Notes: a model not told the origin generated them from the sequence alone. A DNA stretch of 64,000 nt from an uncultured Verrucomicrobiae bacterium (GCA_963813025.1 CAWEXO010000005.1:224001-288000), one strand, 5' to 3'; shown: positions 52,294-63,679, numbered from the stretch's first letter. A program made the numbers and translations.

Positions 52294-54980
52294 TTACAAG
52301 GCTTTGAGCTGAAAGATCCAGGAACCGTGTTTGAGTTGGTTGCGGTGATGAAGCTCAGGGTCATAAGGGGTCCGATCGATCCACATTTTGTGAATGATTT
52401 TGAGCCAGCGGTGGCCGAGCCGGCGCAAGGCATTAGCGTGGCTCTGATTCTTTTGGCGGTGATGCTGATAGTAACGCTCGGCCCAGGCACAACGGGATAG
52501 AGTCTGCTCAGAAAAAAGATGCAGGGCGTGACGGAGGTGTTTGTCACAAGCCCAGCGCCTGGTGAACGTGCCAGTATTTTCGTTGTTTTCCTGAACGTTT
52601 GGTCACAGGTGCGCTTCCGGCAAGGCATTGGAGCTTTTGCGGGTCGCCGCCGAATCGTTCACGGTCGTCGCCAATCTCGGCCAGCAAGCGTGGAGCAATC
52701 TTGGATCCGGCGCCAGGCAAGGAACCGAAGAGATGGTGATCGGGATGACGAAGCAAAGAGCTCTTCGATTCGCTGTCGATAGAGCGTCAGTTGCTTTTCG
52801 ACCGCAAAAAGCATCTGCACTAGACTCAGGGCCAACAGGCTCTTGGCCTTGATGGTCGGAGCACTACCGGCAAATTCGGTGGCGCGGGCGAAGATCTCCA
52901 TGGGTCGAGGCCCCTGGTCGCTGCCCCAGGGCCGGCGGCTGTGCAGGAACTCCTGCCATTGGCGCTTGCCGGCTTGAGCCAGTGACTCCGGAGTAGGAAA
53001 ACGCTGCAAAAACATCCAGGCCGAGATACTAGTCCAATCCTCAAAGGCTTCTGAGATATTGTCAAAAGTTGTGTATCGGGGATGGGCGCATCCTTTTAAA
53101 ATAACTTGGTTAGGCGGCCTGTTGAGCTTGTTCTTCGCCATCGACGAATCGGACACCGGTGACTACCTTTGGAATCAGTTCGAAGCCCTGAAGCCGACGC
53201 CAGTGCTTTTGGGCTTCCAGGCCGAGTTTAAAGACCATGGTCAGGGTTGCGATTCGTGAACCGGAACCCTTGGTTCGATGAGTTCGCAGCCGAACGGTAG
53301 CGAAGGTGGATTCGATGGGGTTGGTTGTCCGTAAATGCGGCCAATGTTGAGCCGGAAAGTCATAAAAGGTAAACAGGACTTCTTGATCTTTCTGCAGGCA
53401 CTCGCAGGCTTTAGGGAATTTAGTCTGGTAACTGGAGATGAACTGATCGTAGGCGGCCAGAGCTGCTTTGCGGGTCGCCGCCAGGTACATTTCATGGATC
53501 AGTTGCTTGGCCTTGCCCTGAACGCTCTTAGGCATTTTATCCAGGATGTTAGCCGTTTTGTGTACCCAGCAGCGCTGTTGGGCGATTTGGCCATATTCTT
53601 CCTGGAGAGCGATCCAAAAGCCAAGCGAACCATCACCGATGGCCAGCTTCGGTGCGCTAGACAGACCCAAGCGTTTGAGCTGCCCAAGCAGTTCGCGCCA
53701 GGATTGGGTGCTTTCCCGATACCCATCGACAACCGCTAAGAGTTCCTTGGTGCCATCCTCGGTAGCTCCAATCAAGATCAGCACGCAGGTTCGTTCCTCA
53801 TCGAGCCGGACGTTGAAATAAACTCCGTCGGCCCACCAGTAAACGTAACGCTTCTGACTTAAGTCGCGCTGAGTCCACGCCTTATAGTCGCTTTCCCACC
53901 CGGCCTTCAACCGGACGATATTGGTTGCTGATAGTCCACTGGCTCCTTCGCCCAAAATCGCTGCCAACGCTTCACTGAAATCTCCAGTCGAGATCCCTTT
54001 CAGGTAAAGGGCTGGAATCAGTGCATCGACGCTCTCGAGCCCGACGCATGTACTTGGGCAGAATCGCACTGGAAAAGCGACCCCTGTCACGATGCCGGAT
54101 CCGTAGCTGACGAACCCGGATCGGACCGACTCCACTAACCACTTCCCGCTCCGGCAGGTGTCCATTGCGTACCACCAACCGCTGTCCATTCTCATCCCGT
54201 CGATCCTTGTGGAATTGGATATAGTCGATCACCTCATTCTCGATTGCCGCCTGTAACAGCTTCCTGGCTCCTTCCTGCAGCAACTGCTCCAGGAATGGCT
54301 TCTCTTCATCTTTTGCTCGCTCATCGAGCGAGACCACTTTATTCTCTGGCACTGGTGCATCCTTTCTTTTTGGCGCCCTCGAGTGAGACCGCCATCGTTT
54401 CTTTTTCTTGCTGAAAGGATGCGCCTTTCTTTATCTCCTCATCCACAAAATTCGGTTATAACTCAAGGCTTCTAAAGCCGCGGTATAATATTCTGCCAGG
54501 GCATGGCGCAGCTGGCTGAATAAATGCGGTGCGTTGTTCGATCAGCGTGACTTCATCCCGACAGAGTAAACGCAGTTCTTTGATCAGCGGCTCTTCTGGA
54601 CGAAGGGCTTTCCAGTCTTGGCCATCGACCCGTAAGGCATCAGCAAAACTCCACGCATCCAGCCGATCATCTTTGACCCCACTGGGGGCTTTACGTTCGC
54701 GGTAGGCTTGAGCGCTCTTGGGATTAAGCGGAAAAACGATCATGCCCAGCTTCCAACAGTTGCTCGACGGCCGCTCCTTGACTGGTCTCAATGGTAAAAG
54801 GAATCGAGCCGTAAGATTGGAGTTTTTCCCGAAACTTCTTCCAGCCTAAAGCCGAGTGTTCGATTTCGAAGGCTTCGATCACTTTACCAGTTTGATCGAC
54901 AACGATGACCAGTGTTTTTCGCTGGCCCAATCCAAAGCGCCAAATGCCCGGTGTTGCTGCCATTGCTCGGGGTCATTCAT
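52294..54980 (-). pseudogene. IS110-family recombinase, frameshifted and interrupted by IS256
   Basis: DEDD residues LDWASEKH, IETSQG, KDDRLDA; SLPGAG...LLAEIG; catalytic loop AGSAPVTKRSGK. Confidence 0.85.
53053..54464 (-). mobile_element. IS256-family element with a 9-bp target duplication
   Basis: AAGGCTTCT at 53044-53052 and 54465-54473; IRs GAGATATTGTCAAAAGTTGTG / GAGTTATAACCGAATTTTGTG; transposase motifs WADG, IGDG, QRCWVH, RTTNPIES (frameshifted, 53110-54352). Confidence 0.92.
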
Positions 54981-55439
54981 GGTCCTGTTCTGCTGCTTAG
55001 GGTTTTTGCGTCGCTTTGCCCTGCTGTCCATCAAGCTGATATATGGCCTTCTTGAGGCGCCTTTCTATTAGATGTCGGAGCAAGGGCCTCTGGCTCGGCC
55101 GGTAGTCTTTTGCTTAACCCTCCTGGGGTAGCGGGCCAGTGACCGTGATCGAGCCAGGGCAGGACGTCCGCCGGCGCCATTGTGGCCGCGGCGCAGTTAT
55201 TCACAAGCTCGCTCCGCCTGGCTGTGCGGCGGCCGCTTCGCTCGCTCATGAATAACTGCGAAACTGATATCAGTGGGTTAGTTAGTCCTCAACGGTCCTT
55301 TGATCCGAACGTTCCTAGAAATCGGCCTGAGCACCAGGCGACGCGAGGGGGTCAGGGATATTTCAAGTTTCCAAAAATCTGAAATGGACTCTTAAGAAAG
55401 CAGTACGCCAAGTGTTAGCTAATTTTTGGAAAAATTTCT

Positions 55440-57293
55440 TCACACAATCTGGACCTCTGGCAACGGCAATCTGGAAAGCATGTCGCTGTCTTTTGGAGGC
55501 TGCACAGCTGCTCGAGCCACAAAGGTTTCGTCCTGAAAATAGAGAGGCTGACGGCCGTAAATCGCCGGAAAACCGGCGCAGTAGATGACCATATCCCCGG
55601 GTTCGACGATGAGTTCGTGCGCATCTTTCTTTGGTCCCGGCATTCGGGAACATTCGTCAGGCGTGAGAAGAGGTCGCTGCACCTCTTGCACTGTTGTAGA
55701 GATTTGCGTGTCGAGGCCTCGTCCGGATCGGGTGACCTGTTCTTTAATGATGGTCGTTTGGCCGGTGAGTTTCGAAAGGTGCTCGGCAGTTTCGACCCGG
55801 TTGGGCGGGAACGCTGTTTGAACGTGACAATTCGAAGTGATGGTCTCGTCTGGTCCATAACCGGTTTCCCGGCTTTTCAACTGATTAAGGTCCTGGCTAA
55901 TCAGGTAACACTTGATTCCGTAGCCCGCGACGAATGCCAGGCTTTCCTGGAGTATCTCCAGTTTCCCCAATGCAGGGAATTCGTCGATCATGGCCAGAAG
56001 CTTATGCTTGTACGACGGTTTGGGACGGCCATTTTCAAACTGCATTTTGTCCGCTAAGAGCCGGACAATCATATTGACGACAATGCGCACCAGGGGCCGC
56101 AACCTGGCTTTGTCATTGGGTTGGGTGACGATGTACAAACTCACCGGGTCAACGTAGTGCATGAGGTCGCGGATCCGGAAATCGCTGCGGCTGGTGTTTC
56201 TGGCAACAGTGGGATCGCGATAGAGGTCCAGATAGGTCTTGGCCGTTGAAAGGACCGATCCGGCTTCATTGGGCGGACGGTCAAGCATATCTCTGGCCGA
56301 AGCAGCAACCACCGGATGATTGTGACCATTGATGTGACCATAACTGAGCATTTCAGTCCAGAGTTCCTGGACCGGCCGGCTCGAGTCGGCCAGCATCTGG
56401 TCCAGAGCCGCAAAGGTCGCGGGCGATCCTTCCAGTTTCGCCTTGTAGCAGAGGTGCAGGATGCAGCCGACTAGTAGCGAATAGGCGGTTTTCTGAAAGT
56501 GATCGCCCGGCCGTAATCCTTTGCCATCCGGATCAACCATCAGGAGCGCAAGGTTCTGAACGTCTCCAACCTCATGTTCTGTCCCCAGCCGCAGCTCATC
56601 CATCGGGTTAAAGCAACAAGAACCGGCCGCCGTGGCGGGCTCGAAGCGCAACACCTTGTTATGCGCGTACTGCTGGCGCCATCCTGCGGTGAGTTCGTAA
56701 AGCTCGCCTTTGAGGTCGGTAACGAACACGCTGTGAGGCCAAGAGAGCAGCGTCGGAACGACGAGACCGACCCCTTTCCCGCTGCGCGTCGGGGCGTAAC
56801 AGAGAACATGTTCAGGGCCTGCATGGCGCAGGTATCGAATGTTACCCGCTTGATCGATCCAGGCTCCGACATACACACCGTCGTTACCCAAGAGGCCGGC
56901 GGCCTTGATGTCTGCGAGGTCAGCCCACCTGGCGGAGCCGTGCAGGAAGGGGTTAACTCTGTAGTTTGCCCGGGCGACATCGAGTAGTAAAAGAAAGAAG
57001 CATCCAAGGGTCACGAGTGAACCGATGCCGAAGGCCTGGGCGAAAAGGGTACGATTACCGGGACTTTCCCAGAGATGCGACCAGACAAAGTAATTCCAAG
57101 GCGGGTAAAGATGGAACAGATTGAAACCAAGCGAAGGCTGATAGCGATAAGTATTAGCCAAGAACTGCGTGGCCACAGCCGACCCGAGGATAATGGCGAC
57201 AAGAAAGCCTCGCGCCCTTTTCCAATCTGGCTGAATGCCAGCACGCCGGCGATGGAGTTGCGGCCCAACCAGAGTGTTCCGTTTGTTATTCAA
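55440..57293 (-). CDS. traG: Type IV secretion coupling protein TraG/VirD4
   Basis: N-terminal TM helices, LHGSARWA, Walker A APTRSGKG, DLKGEL, Walker B IDEFPALG, ISQDLNQL. Confidence 0.92.
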   Translation of the reverse strand: MNNKRNTLVGPQLHRRRAGIQPDWKRARGFLVAIILGSAVATQFLANTYRYQPSLGFNLFHLYPPWNYFVWSHLWESPGNRTLFAQAFGIGSLVTLGCFFLLLLDVARANYRVNPFLHGSARWADLADIKAAGLLGNDGVYVGAWIDQAGNIRYLRHAGPEHVLCYAPTRSGKGVGLVVPTLLSWPHSVFVTDLKGELYELTAGWRQQYAHNKVLRFEPATAAGSCCFNPMDELRLGTEHEVGDVQNLALLMVDPDGKGLRPGDHFQKTAYSLLVGCILHLCYKAKLEGSPATFAALDQMLADSSRPVQELWTEMLSYGHINGHNHPVVAASARDMLDRPPNEAGSVLSTAKTYLDLYRDPTVARNTSRSDFRIRDLMHYVDPVSLYIVTQPNDKARLRPLVRIVVNMIVRLLADKMQFENGRPKPSYKHKLLAMIDEFPALGKLEILQESLAFVAGYGIKCYLISQDLNQLKSRETGYGPDETITSNCHVQTAFPPNRVETAEHLSKLTGQTTIIKEQVTRSGRGLDTQISTTVQEVQRPLLTPDECSRMPGPKKDAHELIVEPGDMVIYCAGFPAIYGRQPLYFQDETFVARAAVQPPKDSDMLSRLPLPEVQIV

Positions 57294-57915
57294 TCAATGC
57301 TCCAATGCTTGGGTTTGGATGACGACGGAAGGCGTGATCGTCAGAGGGATCTCGCGTTGTTGGCGAGCCAAAAAGTGCCGCTGTTGCTGAGTAATAGGCA
57401 ATACCAGGATCTCAGGTCCGCCGCGGGCGAGCAGGAGATTTTGCCCGTTGACCAGGCGTAACCCAACAAAGATCAGTTGTCCGGCATCCTTCGGCTGCCA
57501 GAGCCGATGAAATGGTATGTCACTGACGCGATCACGTTTCGAATTGCGCTCCGAGATATAATCGAGCGCGGCCTGGTTTGGCGGTGCCGGCGTGGCAGCT
57601 TCGGCTTCTCGGCGCGCTTGCTCGAGCGCCGCGTTCTCGAAGGACACTCCGACGTGATGCGACCCGGCAACTCGAGCGATCCGAAGCTGAAACTCGAGCG
57701 GCCCATGAGCCACCAAACTTGTTCCCAAGCGTTCGGCGGCGCGCTGAAGCATTGCCAGGATCACATCGTCACCAGCCGCTGTGGCGACATGCAGACTTTC
57801 TCCATTATCCCGGATCTCATAGTCCCCGATCCTCTCGATCAAGGTCCCCTGTTTAGTAACTTGGGCTTGGGGATCCAAAGCCGGCGCCTGGTGTGGCCTG
57901 GGGGCTTGCGCAGTT
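57294..57915 (-). pseudogene. traI: TraI relaxase, C-terminal fragment
   Basis: VTKQGT, IRDNG, YISERNSKR...IP.H; homologous to 38099-38740. Confidence 0.8.
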
Positions 57916-58019
57916 AAGGTCTTTATCCGACTGGAAAATCGGGTACCTTTCCTTCTAACTCCTGGATTGTTGCTCCTAGCTCCTTGTGCCGTCGGCGTTC
58001 TCGGCGTTGCCCGTGTTGT

Positions 58020-58315
58020 TCATCCCTCTTCCACAACGCGTTTGAAATTCGTGAGATAGTCCCGCGTCACCATGGCGAGCGTTGCTGATTCGATGCTCGA
58101 CCGCAACCTGACCGTAATCTCGGTCGTCCGATTGGAGAGCGGCTCGAACAAAACGACACCACGGGGAAAATTGTCCGACATTGGTTGCCATGCAATTCGT
58201 CGCTCCGGAATACGGAGCACGATTTGCACAACGGTCCTATATGCTTTGCCGTCCAGCAGAGAAGTGAACGAGAAATGGGCTTCGTCGATTTTCTGCACAT
58301 CTCGCAGAGACGTGC
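58020..58315 (-). pseudogene. SRPBCC (polyketide cyclase-like) fragment
   Basis: IDEAHFSF...PERRIAW...GVVLFEPLS..TEITV...LTNFKR. Confidence 0.6.
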
Positions 58316-58335
58316 AGAATCGCGGTAGTTCTTCG

Positions 58336-58806
58336 AAGCCGGGGCCGCTGGCGGAGCAGTCCGCCGAGAGCTACGCGGCCACCTTCGACACCAACGTCCT
58401 CGGCACGCTGCTGAGCATCAAGCATGAGCTGCGCGTGATGCTGGCCCAAGGTCACGGCAGCATCATCAATGTGTCGTCTACCTACGGTCGGATGGGTGCT
58501 CCGGGTGCCTCAGTTTACGTCGCCAGCAAGCATGCCGTCGAAGGGCTGACGAAGGCGGCGGCGCTCGAGGCAGCGGGGTCGGGTGTACGTGTAAATGTGA
58601 TCGCCCCCGGTCCGATCGAGACTGGGATGCTGAACCGGTTCACCGGTACGGACGAAAGAAAGGCCGGGCTGGTCGCGGGAGTGCCGCTCAAACGCGTAGG
58701 GAGACCCGAAGAGATCGCCCAAACCATCGTGTTTGTTGCATCCGACAAGGCGTCTTACATCACGGGCGCTTCCATCCCCGTCGACGGCGGCAAATTGGCT
58801 CAATAA
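58336..58806 (+). pseudogene. SDR oxidoreductase, C-terminal half
   Basis: YVASKHAVEGLTK; GVRVNVIAPG; no Rossmann N-terminus. Confidence 0.8.
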
Positions 58807-58828
58807 CTCAGTCGAAAAAATCCAATCC

Positions 58829-59112
58829 ATGAGCACCCCTATCGCACCCAGCGACTTAACCCAACACCCACCTCGGAGCATGCGCGCACGCTTTGGCGGC
58901 TTTGTCCTCCTGCCCCGCATTCTCGACAAAGGCCGCGCGACCCTCGGAAGCCTGGTCGGCCGATATGGAAAAGCGGGGACCGGATAGCGATGCCGAAACT
59001 CTGTCCGGCTTCGCCGAATACATTGGGCAACAACAGGACCCGCGAAGATATCAAAACGTGGTTCGACGCCCTCGATCTAGACGACTTCGTCAGCTTCGGC
59101 GGCAAGCCATAA
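58829..59112 (+). pseudogene. DUF5069-like protein, internally deleted
   Basis: DLTQHPPRSMRARFGGFVLLPRILDKGRA ... DIKTWFDALDLDDFVSFGG. Confidence 0.65.
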
Positions 59113-59278
59113 CCACCTCGATTCGTAAAACCGTCATAACCGCTGAGACTCATCAGGGAGCCTTACTTTGAAAAGCAACTTACCGACCAACTATCTACTA
59201 GGCGCCACGACTGGTTAACCCGTCCGAAGGCAGATCAGGTTTTCTTAACACTAAAATATAACAATTGAGACAATAACC

Positions 59279-60033
59279 ATGACTACCAATTCCAAGAAAC
59301 TCGAAGGAAAGATTGCACTCATTACGGGCGGCTCGCGCGGCATCGGTGCCGCAATCGCTAAGCGTCTGGCCGCGGACGGAGCGAACGTGGCCATCACATA
59401 CACGAAGGGTGCCGACGCGGCCGCGTCGGTCGTCAAGGAGATTGAACGCGCCGGCGGAAAGGCGATCGCGATTCAGGCGGACGCCGCCGATGCCGACGCC
59501 GTCAAGGCCGCGGTCGAAAAGACCGTCGCGACCTTCGGCCGGCTGGACGTGCTCGTGAACAATGCCGGCACGGCCATTCCGAAGACGTTCGAGGAGACCA
59601 CGCTGGAGGAGCTGGACCGCGTGATCGATATCAACATTCGCGGCGTATTCGTCGCGACGCAGGCGGCGCTGAAGCACATGAAGAGCGGCGGCCGCATCAT
59701 CATGATCGGCTCGTGCGTGGGCGAGCGCATGCCATGACGCCCGGCCTGGTGCCCTACTCGGCCACGAAGGGAGCCGTCAAGATGTTCACGCAGGGGTTGT
59801 CCAGGGAGGTGGGGACCCGGGGCATCACGGTCAACAACGTCCAGCCGGGTCCGATCGACACGGATTTGAATCCCGCCGCGGGCGATTGGGCCGCGCCGCA
59901 GAAGGCCGACACAGCGCTCAACCGCTACGGAGCTGTTGACGAAGTCGCCGCGCTGGTGGCGTTCGTCGCTGGTCCGGAATCGTCCTACATCACCGGCGCG
60001 AATCTGACCGTCGACGGTGGGACGAACGCCTGA
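59279..60033 (+). pseudogene. SDR oxidoreductase (BdcA-like), frameshifted
   Basis: TGGSRGIG, NNAG, YSATK, VQPGPIDTDLNP; shift near 59730. Confidence 0.85.
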
Positions 60034-60035
60034 CG

Positions 60036-60470
60036 GTGCCCAAGGGGTATCAGGTCGCGCAGTGTTAGAGCAGTACGCAGCTTCACCGGAAACGATCATA
60101 TATGGACTTTCCCGGCGATCGGTAAAAAGCGAGGGACAGGTTCAACATATTTCCGTCGACCTATTGGATGCGGATGACGTCAAGATTAAGGTCGGTCACC
60201 TGAGGGCTAACACGCATTTGGTTTTTGGCGCCTACCTGGATGCAGAACGCCGCCAATTCCGGTGTCGGGCGGTGGGTAATCGCCTTCGCGAAAACGCGTG
60301 GCCTGAAGACCGTCAACATCGTCCGGCGCCCGGAGCTTGTGGCCGAGCTTGAGGCGAACGGCGGAGACGTCGGCGGCGGCGACTCCCCGGATGTCTCGGA
60401 AAGGATCAAAGCGGCTGTCGGTCAGGCTGAGCTGCGTCTGGCGCTTGATGGCGTCAGCGGCCCGGCGCAT
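60036..60470 (+). pseudogene. Adjacent fragments of an atypical SDR and an MDR enoyl-reductase
   Basis: GAQGVSGR...YGLSRR...VDLLD, then QNAANSGVGR...IVRRPE...ALDGVSG. Confidence 0.65.
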
Positions 60471-60870
60471 GCGCAACGCGGCGGAAAGATCCTTCTGGAC
60501 GTTGCCGGATCATCCACCTGACCTCGGAATAGGCATTTGATCGTTGGCCATAAGCCTCTCTGAGCAAGGCACAGACGAGTGCCAGCGGCGGCATGTGTTG
60601 TGACTTCAGTTACTAGCTCTCCCATCCGGCCAAAGCGTATGGAGCCGCGCCTTGGTGGGCGATATTGCTCGAGATTTACTCCTTTACTGCAAGCATCTTA
60701 AGTAAACAAATCCTCCTCCCAGCCGCTAGATGGGGTTAACAGAACGCTTACTTTCATAGCACCATCGGTCAGTTCGAATGAAAACTCCCCCACCGTGACA
60801 CCCTGTTTCTCTTGTTTAACGATCTCCGGTCGGACCGACTCGCCGGTATCTCCGGTTAAACCAGGCTCCG

Positions 60871-61120
60871 TTAAGTGAGATTGAGCCACTGCATGGCTGG
60901 ACTGAGGTTGGCCTCCAGGGTTTCGAGCTGCAAATGATAATGGTTGCCCATCAGGACATAGCCGTGGATCCGAATGGAGTATCGATTCGGGAACTGACCG
61001 AGAAGCTCCAGAAAGAAAACGATTGCTCGCCTCGTCCGGAAAGATCGTTCTTCTTTCCACTCCGCGATTGACGACATGGAGCGATCCGCCGGGGATATTG
61101 AGGTGTAGCGCGCGAGCCAT
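60871..61120 (-). pseudogene. REP-associated/Y1 HUH tyrosine transposase fragment
   Basis: MAR.L...PGG..HVVNRG.ERRTIF; YVLMGNHYHL...NLS.AMQWLN. Confidence 0.8.
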
Positions 61121-61378
61121 CGCAGCCAAACAAGTAGGAACTTTGTGTTGGCCAAATCAAGGTTGAAAATTGAGATTTGATCCCTTGCTGCGCGAGGGTT
61201 TTCAACAAGCTGAGAGGATGTCTTAGTGACCGCGTCGAGATCCTCCGAAGCAAGCTCAGTTGGATGCACCCCCGGTGACAGTGGTTTTATTGGCCAAGGC
61301 CGTGACGGTAGCTGATTCCCAGATCGTGTTTCAGGTAAATGAAGGGTCAGGACTCTGCAATAGTTAGGCCGTGTAAGT

Positions 61379-61780
61379 TCAGCTTCGCGCGACCTCGTTT
61401 GCATCATGAAGCACGACCACGGCGAACTTCCAGCCGCTTTCCGTCTTGTGCAGCAGGTAGGTAACGCCTACGCGCTCCAACTCCTGGCCATCAGTTTTGA
61501 GCCGGATGGCCACGCCCATGGCCAATGCCGAGGTCGCACTCAGAAGCTTGATCTGTTGCAGCTTCAATTCACTTTGGCCGTATTGCCGGCGCCGAAGGTT
61601 CTCCATTGCCGGGCTGAAGATTGGAACGATCGCGGCAGGCGTGGGTAGCGGGATCACGCCCAACGGACCCACGAGCAGAGCTGGTTCATGAAAGTAGGGC
61701 AGGATAGCGTGGATGTTGAGCGTACTGAAGGCTGCGTAGTAGTCGGAAAGAAACTTAGTTACGGCTTCTTCGTTTGTCAT
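61379..61780 (-). CDS. NTF2-like fold protein
   Basis: FLSDYYAAF...YFHEP...TYLLHKTESGWKF. Confidence 0.65.
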   Translation of the reverse strand: MTNEEAVTKFLSDYYAAFSTLNIHAILPYFHEPALLVGPLGVIPLPTPAAIVPIFSPAMENLRRRQYGQSELKLQQIKLLSATSALAMGVAIRLKTDGQELERVGVTYLLHKTESGWKFAVVVLHDANEVARS

Positions 61781-61923
61781 GGCTTTCGCATCTGGGAGGA
61801 AGAAAGAGGGACGGGTCAAATATTCTTTTCGTCCCAGCAAAAACCAGCAAGCGTAGCTTCCCTGTCCACTCTTCGCTTTGACCGGCTCTTCCCCCTTGGC
61901 TTAAATTGCCCCATGAAAGGGCG

Positions 61924-62334
61924 ATGCCACGCAAGGTCAGAGAACTCATCCGCGATCTAAAGAAGGCAGGATACCGTCTCGACCGGCAAAGAGGCTCACA
62001 CCGAATTTTTAAACATCCGAATATCTCCCAGCACATTGTGATCTCCGGCCATGAATCCGATGACGCGACTACTACCAAGAAAAGAACGTCAAAAAGGCAA
62101 TTGAGCGTGCCAGCAAAACCAAGTGACCGTTATCGAATGTACGTCGAATGGTCGGAAGAAGACCAGCTTTTCATCGGCTACTGTCCTGACTTGCTCATCG
62201 GTGGTGTCTGCCACGATGGAAATCGGATCGCAGCTTACGCAAAGCTGGTTGACTTGGTGGAATGGGATATTCAAAACCGGTTGGAAAAAGGTGAAACCTT
62301 GCCAGAACCGGCTGCTTCTCCCGTCCCCTCTTGA
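61924..62334 (+). CDS. HicA toxin and HicB-like antitoxin, read as one ORF
   Basis: HicA: LKKAGY...RGSHRIFKHP. HicB: VEWSEEDQLFIGYCPDL..GVCH.G...GETLPEP. Confidence 0.75.
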   Translation: MPRKVRELIRDLKKAGYRLDRQRGSHRIFKHPNISQHIVISGHESDDATTTKKRTSKRQLSVPAKPSDRYRMYVEWSEEDQLFIGYCPDLLIGGVCHDGNRIAAYAKLVDLVEWDIQNRLEKGETLPEPAASPVPS

Positions 62335-62736
62335 AGAGTATTTCTCGCCGGAGGTGCGTCCCACGGAAAACGAAGTACGCGTGAGAGACGTCGAGTTTTT
62401 GTATCCGGCTACAAATTCCGGCGCGCAGAAAAATATAGATGTCGCGGGCAATCGCCGAGGCCCGCGCTTTGTTCTAGGTCCCTTGGTTGAAGAACTCGGA
62501 CCCTCTCCCCCATTCTGCATCGGAGCCGAAAAATCACCTGCTTTCACGATTCTCCCGCCAACCCTGCGGCTCCGCCGAAAGGCCTTCTCACCGAGTATCG
62601 TAGATCTATCGAGCCTGTGGCGATATGAAGCTTTTCAACCAAGAAGTGCTTCGAGTCATGCTCCTGGACAAGACAACGCATGATCTGTGGCAAACTCCCC
62701 AGGATCTTGTCGGCGAGATAAAGCCGATCTTGTTAC

Positions 62737-63576
62737 CTACAGCTTTGTCTGGTCGACGCCGCTGAAGCGCAGAGCTCGCGCGTCTCGGGCGACGATATCT
62801 TCCATCTCCTGCTCAAGCAGTTCGCGGTCGTCGACGGCGCGCAGCAACCGTCCAGCAAGCGGGTCGAAGCGTCCAGCGGCAATATCGGCGATCAGCGCGG
62901 CGGCACGCGAGGGCGGAACGTTCACTCCGTCGTCAAATAGCTCCTGAATGTTAGGGAGATAGGTCTTACCGGCGTCGGAGAAGAGCTGCAGCTCGGTCAT
63001 CGACGTCCGCACCAGTCCCGGATCGACGGCGAAGGCCAGCACACCGCGGTCTTTCGTAGTGTCGTTGAGGCATTCGGTGAAGCGCATGATCGCCGCCTTG
63101 CTGGACGCATAGCCCGATCCATGCGGGAAGCTGTTGCCGGTCCCGCCGCCGACCAGGTTGACAATGCGGCCCTTGCTACGGGCGAGCATTGCCGGCGCGG
63201 CCACGCGACAGGTGTGGAAGGTCCCACGCAGATTGATCTCGAAATCCTGCCACCAGACATCAGGATCGCATTCCCATATCGGACCGAAGGCCCGGAAGGA
63301 GCCATGATTGTTGACGACCAAGTCAATCGCGCCGAGCTCGGCCGCGACGCGGCCGAGCGCATCCTCGACAGCGAGGCGGTCGACAAGATCCACAGCGATG
63401 GCGATTGCTGCCCCGCCTGCACCGGTGATGAGGGACGCCGTCTCATCTATCTCGCGCGCCGTTCGCGCCAGGACGGCGACCTTGGCGCCACCGTTCGCCT
63501 GATGAAGGGCGATCTCGCGCCCGATTCCGCGCCCTGCGCCGGTGACCACTGCGACGGGGCCGTTCAGGTCGGCCAT
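62737..63576 (-). CDS. SDR-family oxidoreductase
   Basis: TGAGRGIG, VNNHG, YASSK. Confidence 0.88.
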   Translation of the reverse strand: MADLNGPVAVVTGAGRGIGREIALHQANGGAKVAVLARTAREIDETASLITGAGGAAIAIAVDLVDRLAVEDALGRVAAELGAIDLVVNNHGSFRAFGPIWECDPDVWWQDFEINLRGTFHTCRVAAPAMLARSKGRIVNLVGGGTGNSFPHGSGYASSKAAIMRFTECLNDTTKDRGVLAFAVDPGLVRTSMTELQLFSDAGKTYLPNIQELFDDGVNVPPSRAAALIADIAAGRFDPLAGRLLRAVDDRELLEQEMEDIVARDARALRFSGVDQTKL

Positions 63577-63679
63577 GAAAATCTCCTCCTGAATCGTGGC
63601 GGCGAGACGTTCGCTCCCTTGAGAATCAGACCGACGTCATGCACCCCGATTCGGGTTCCTTCGACGATCGTTTTTCCCT

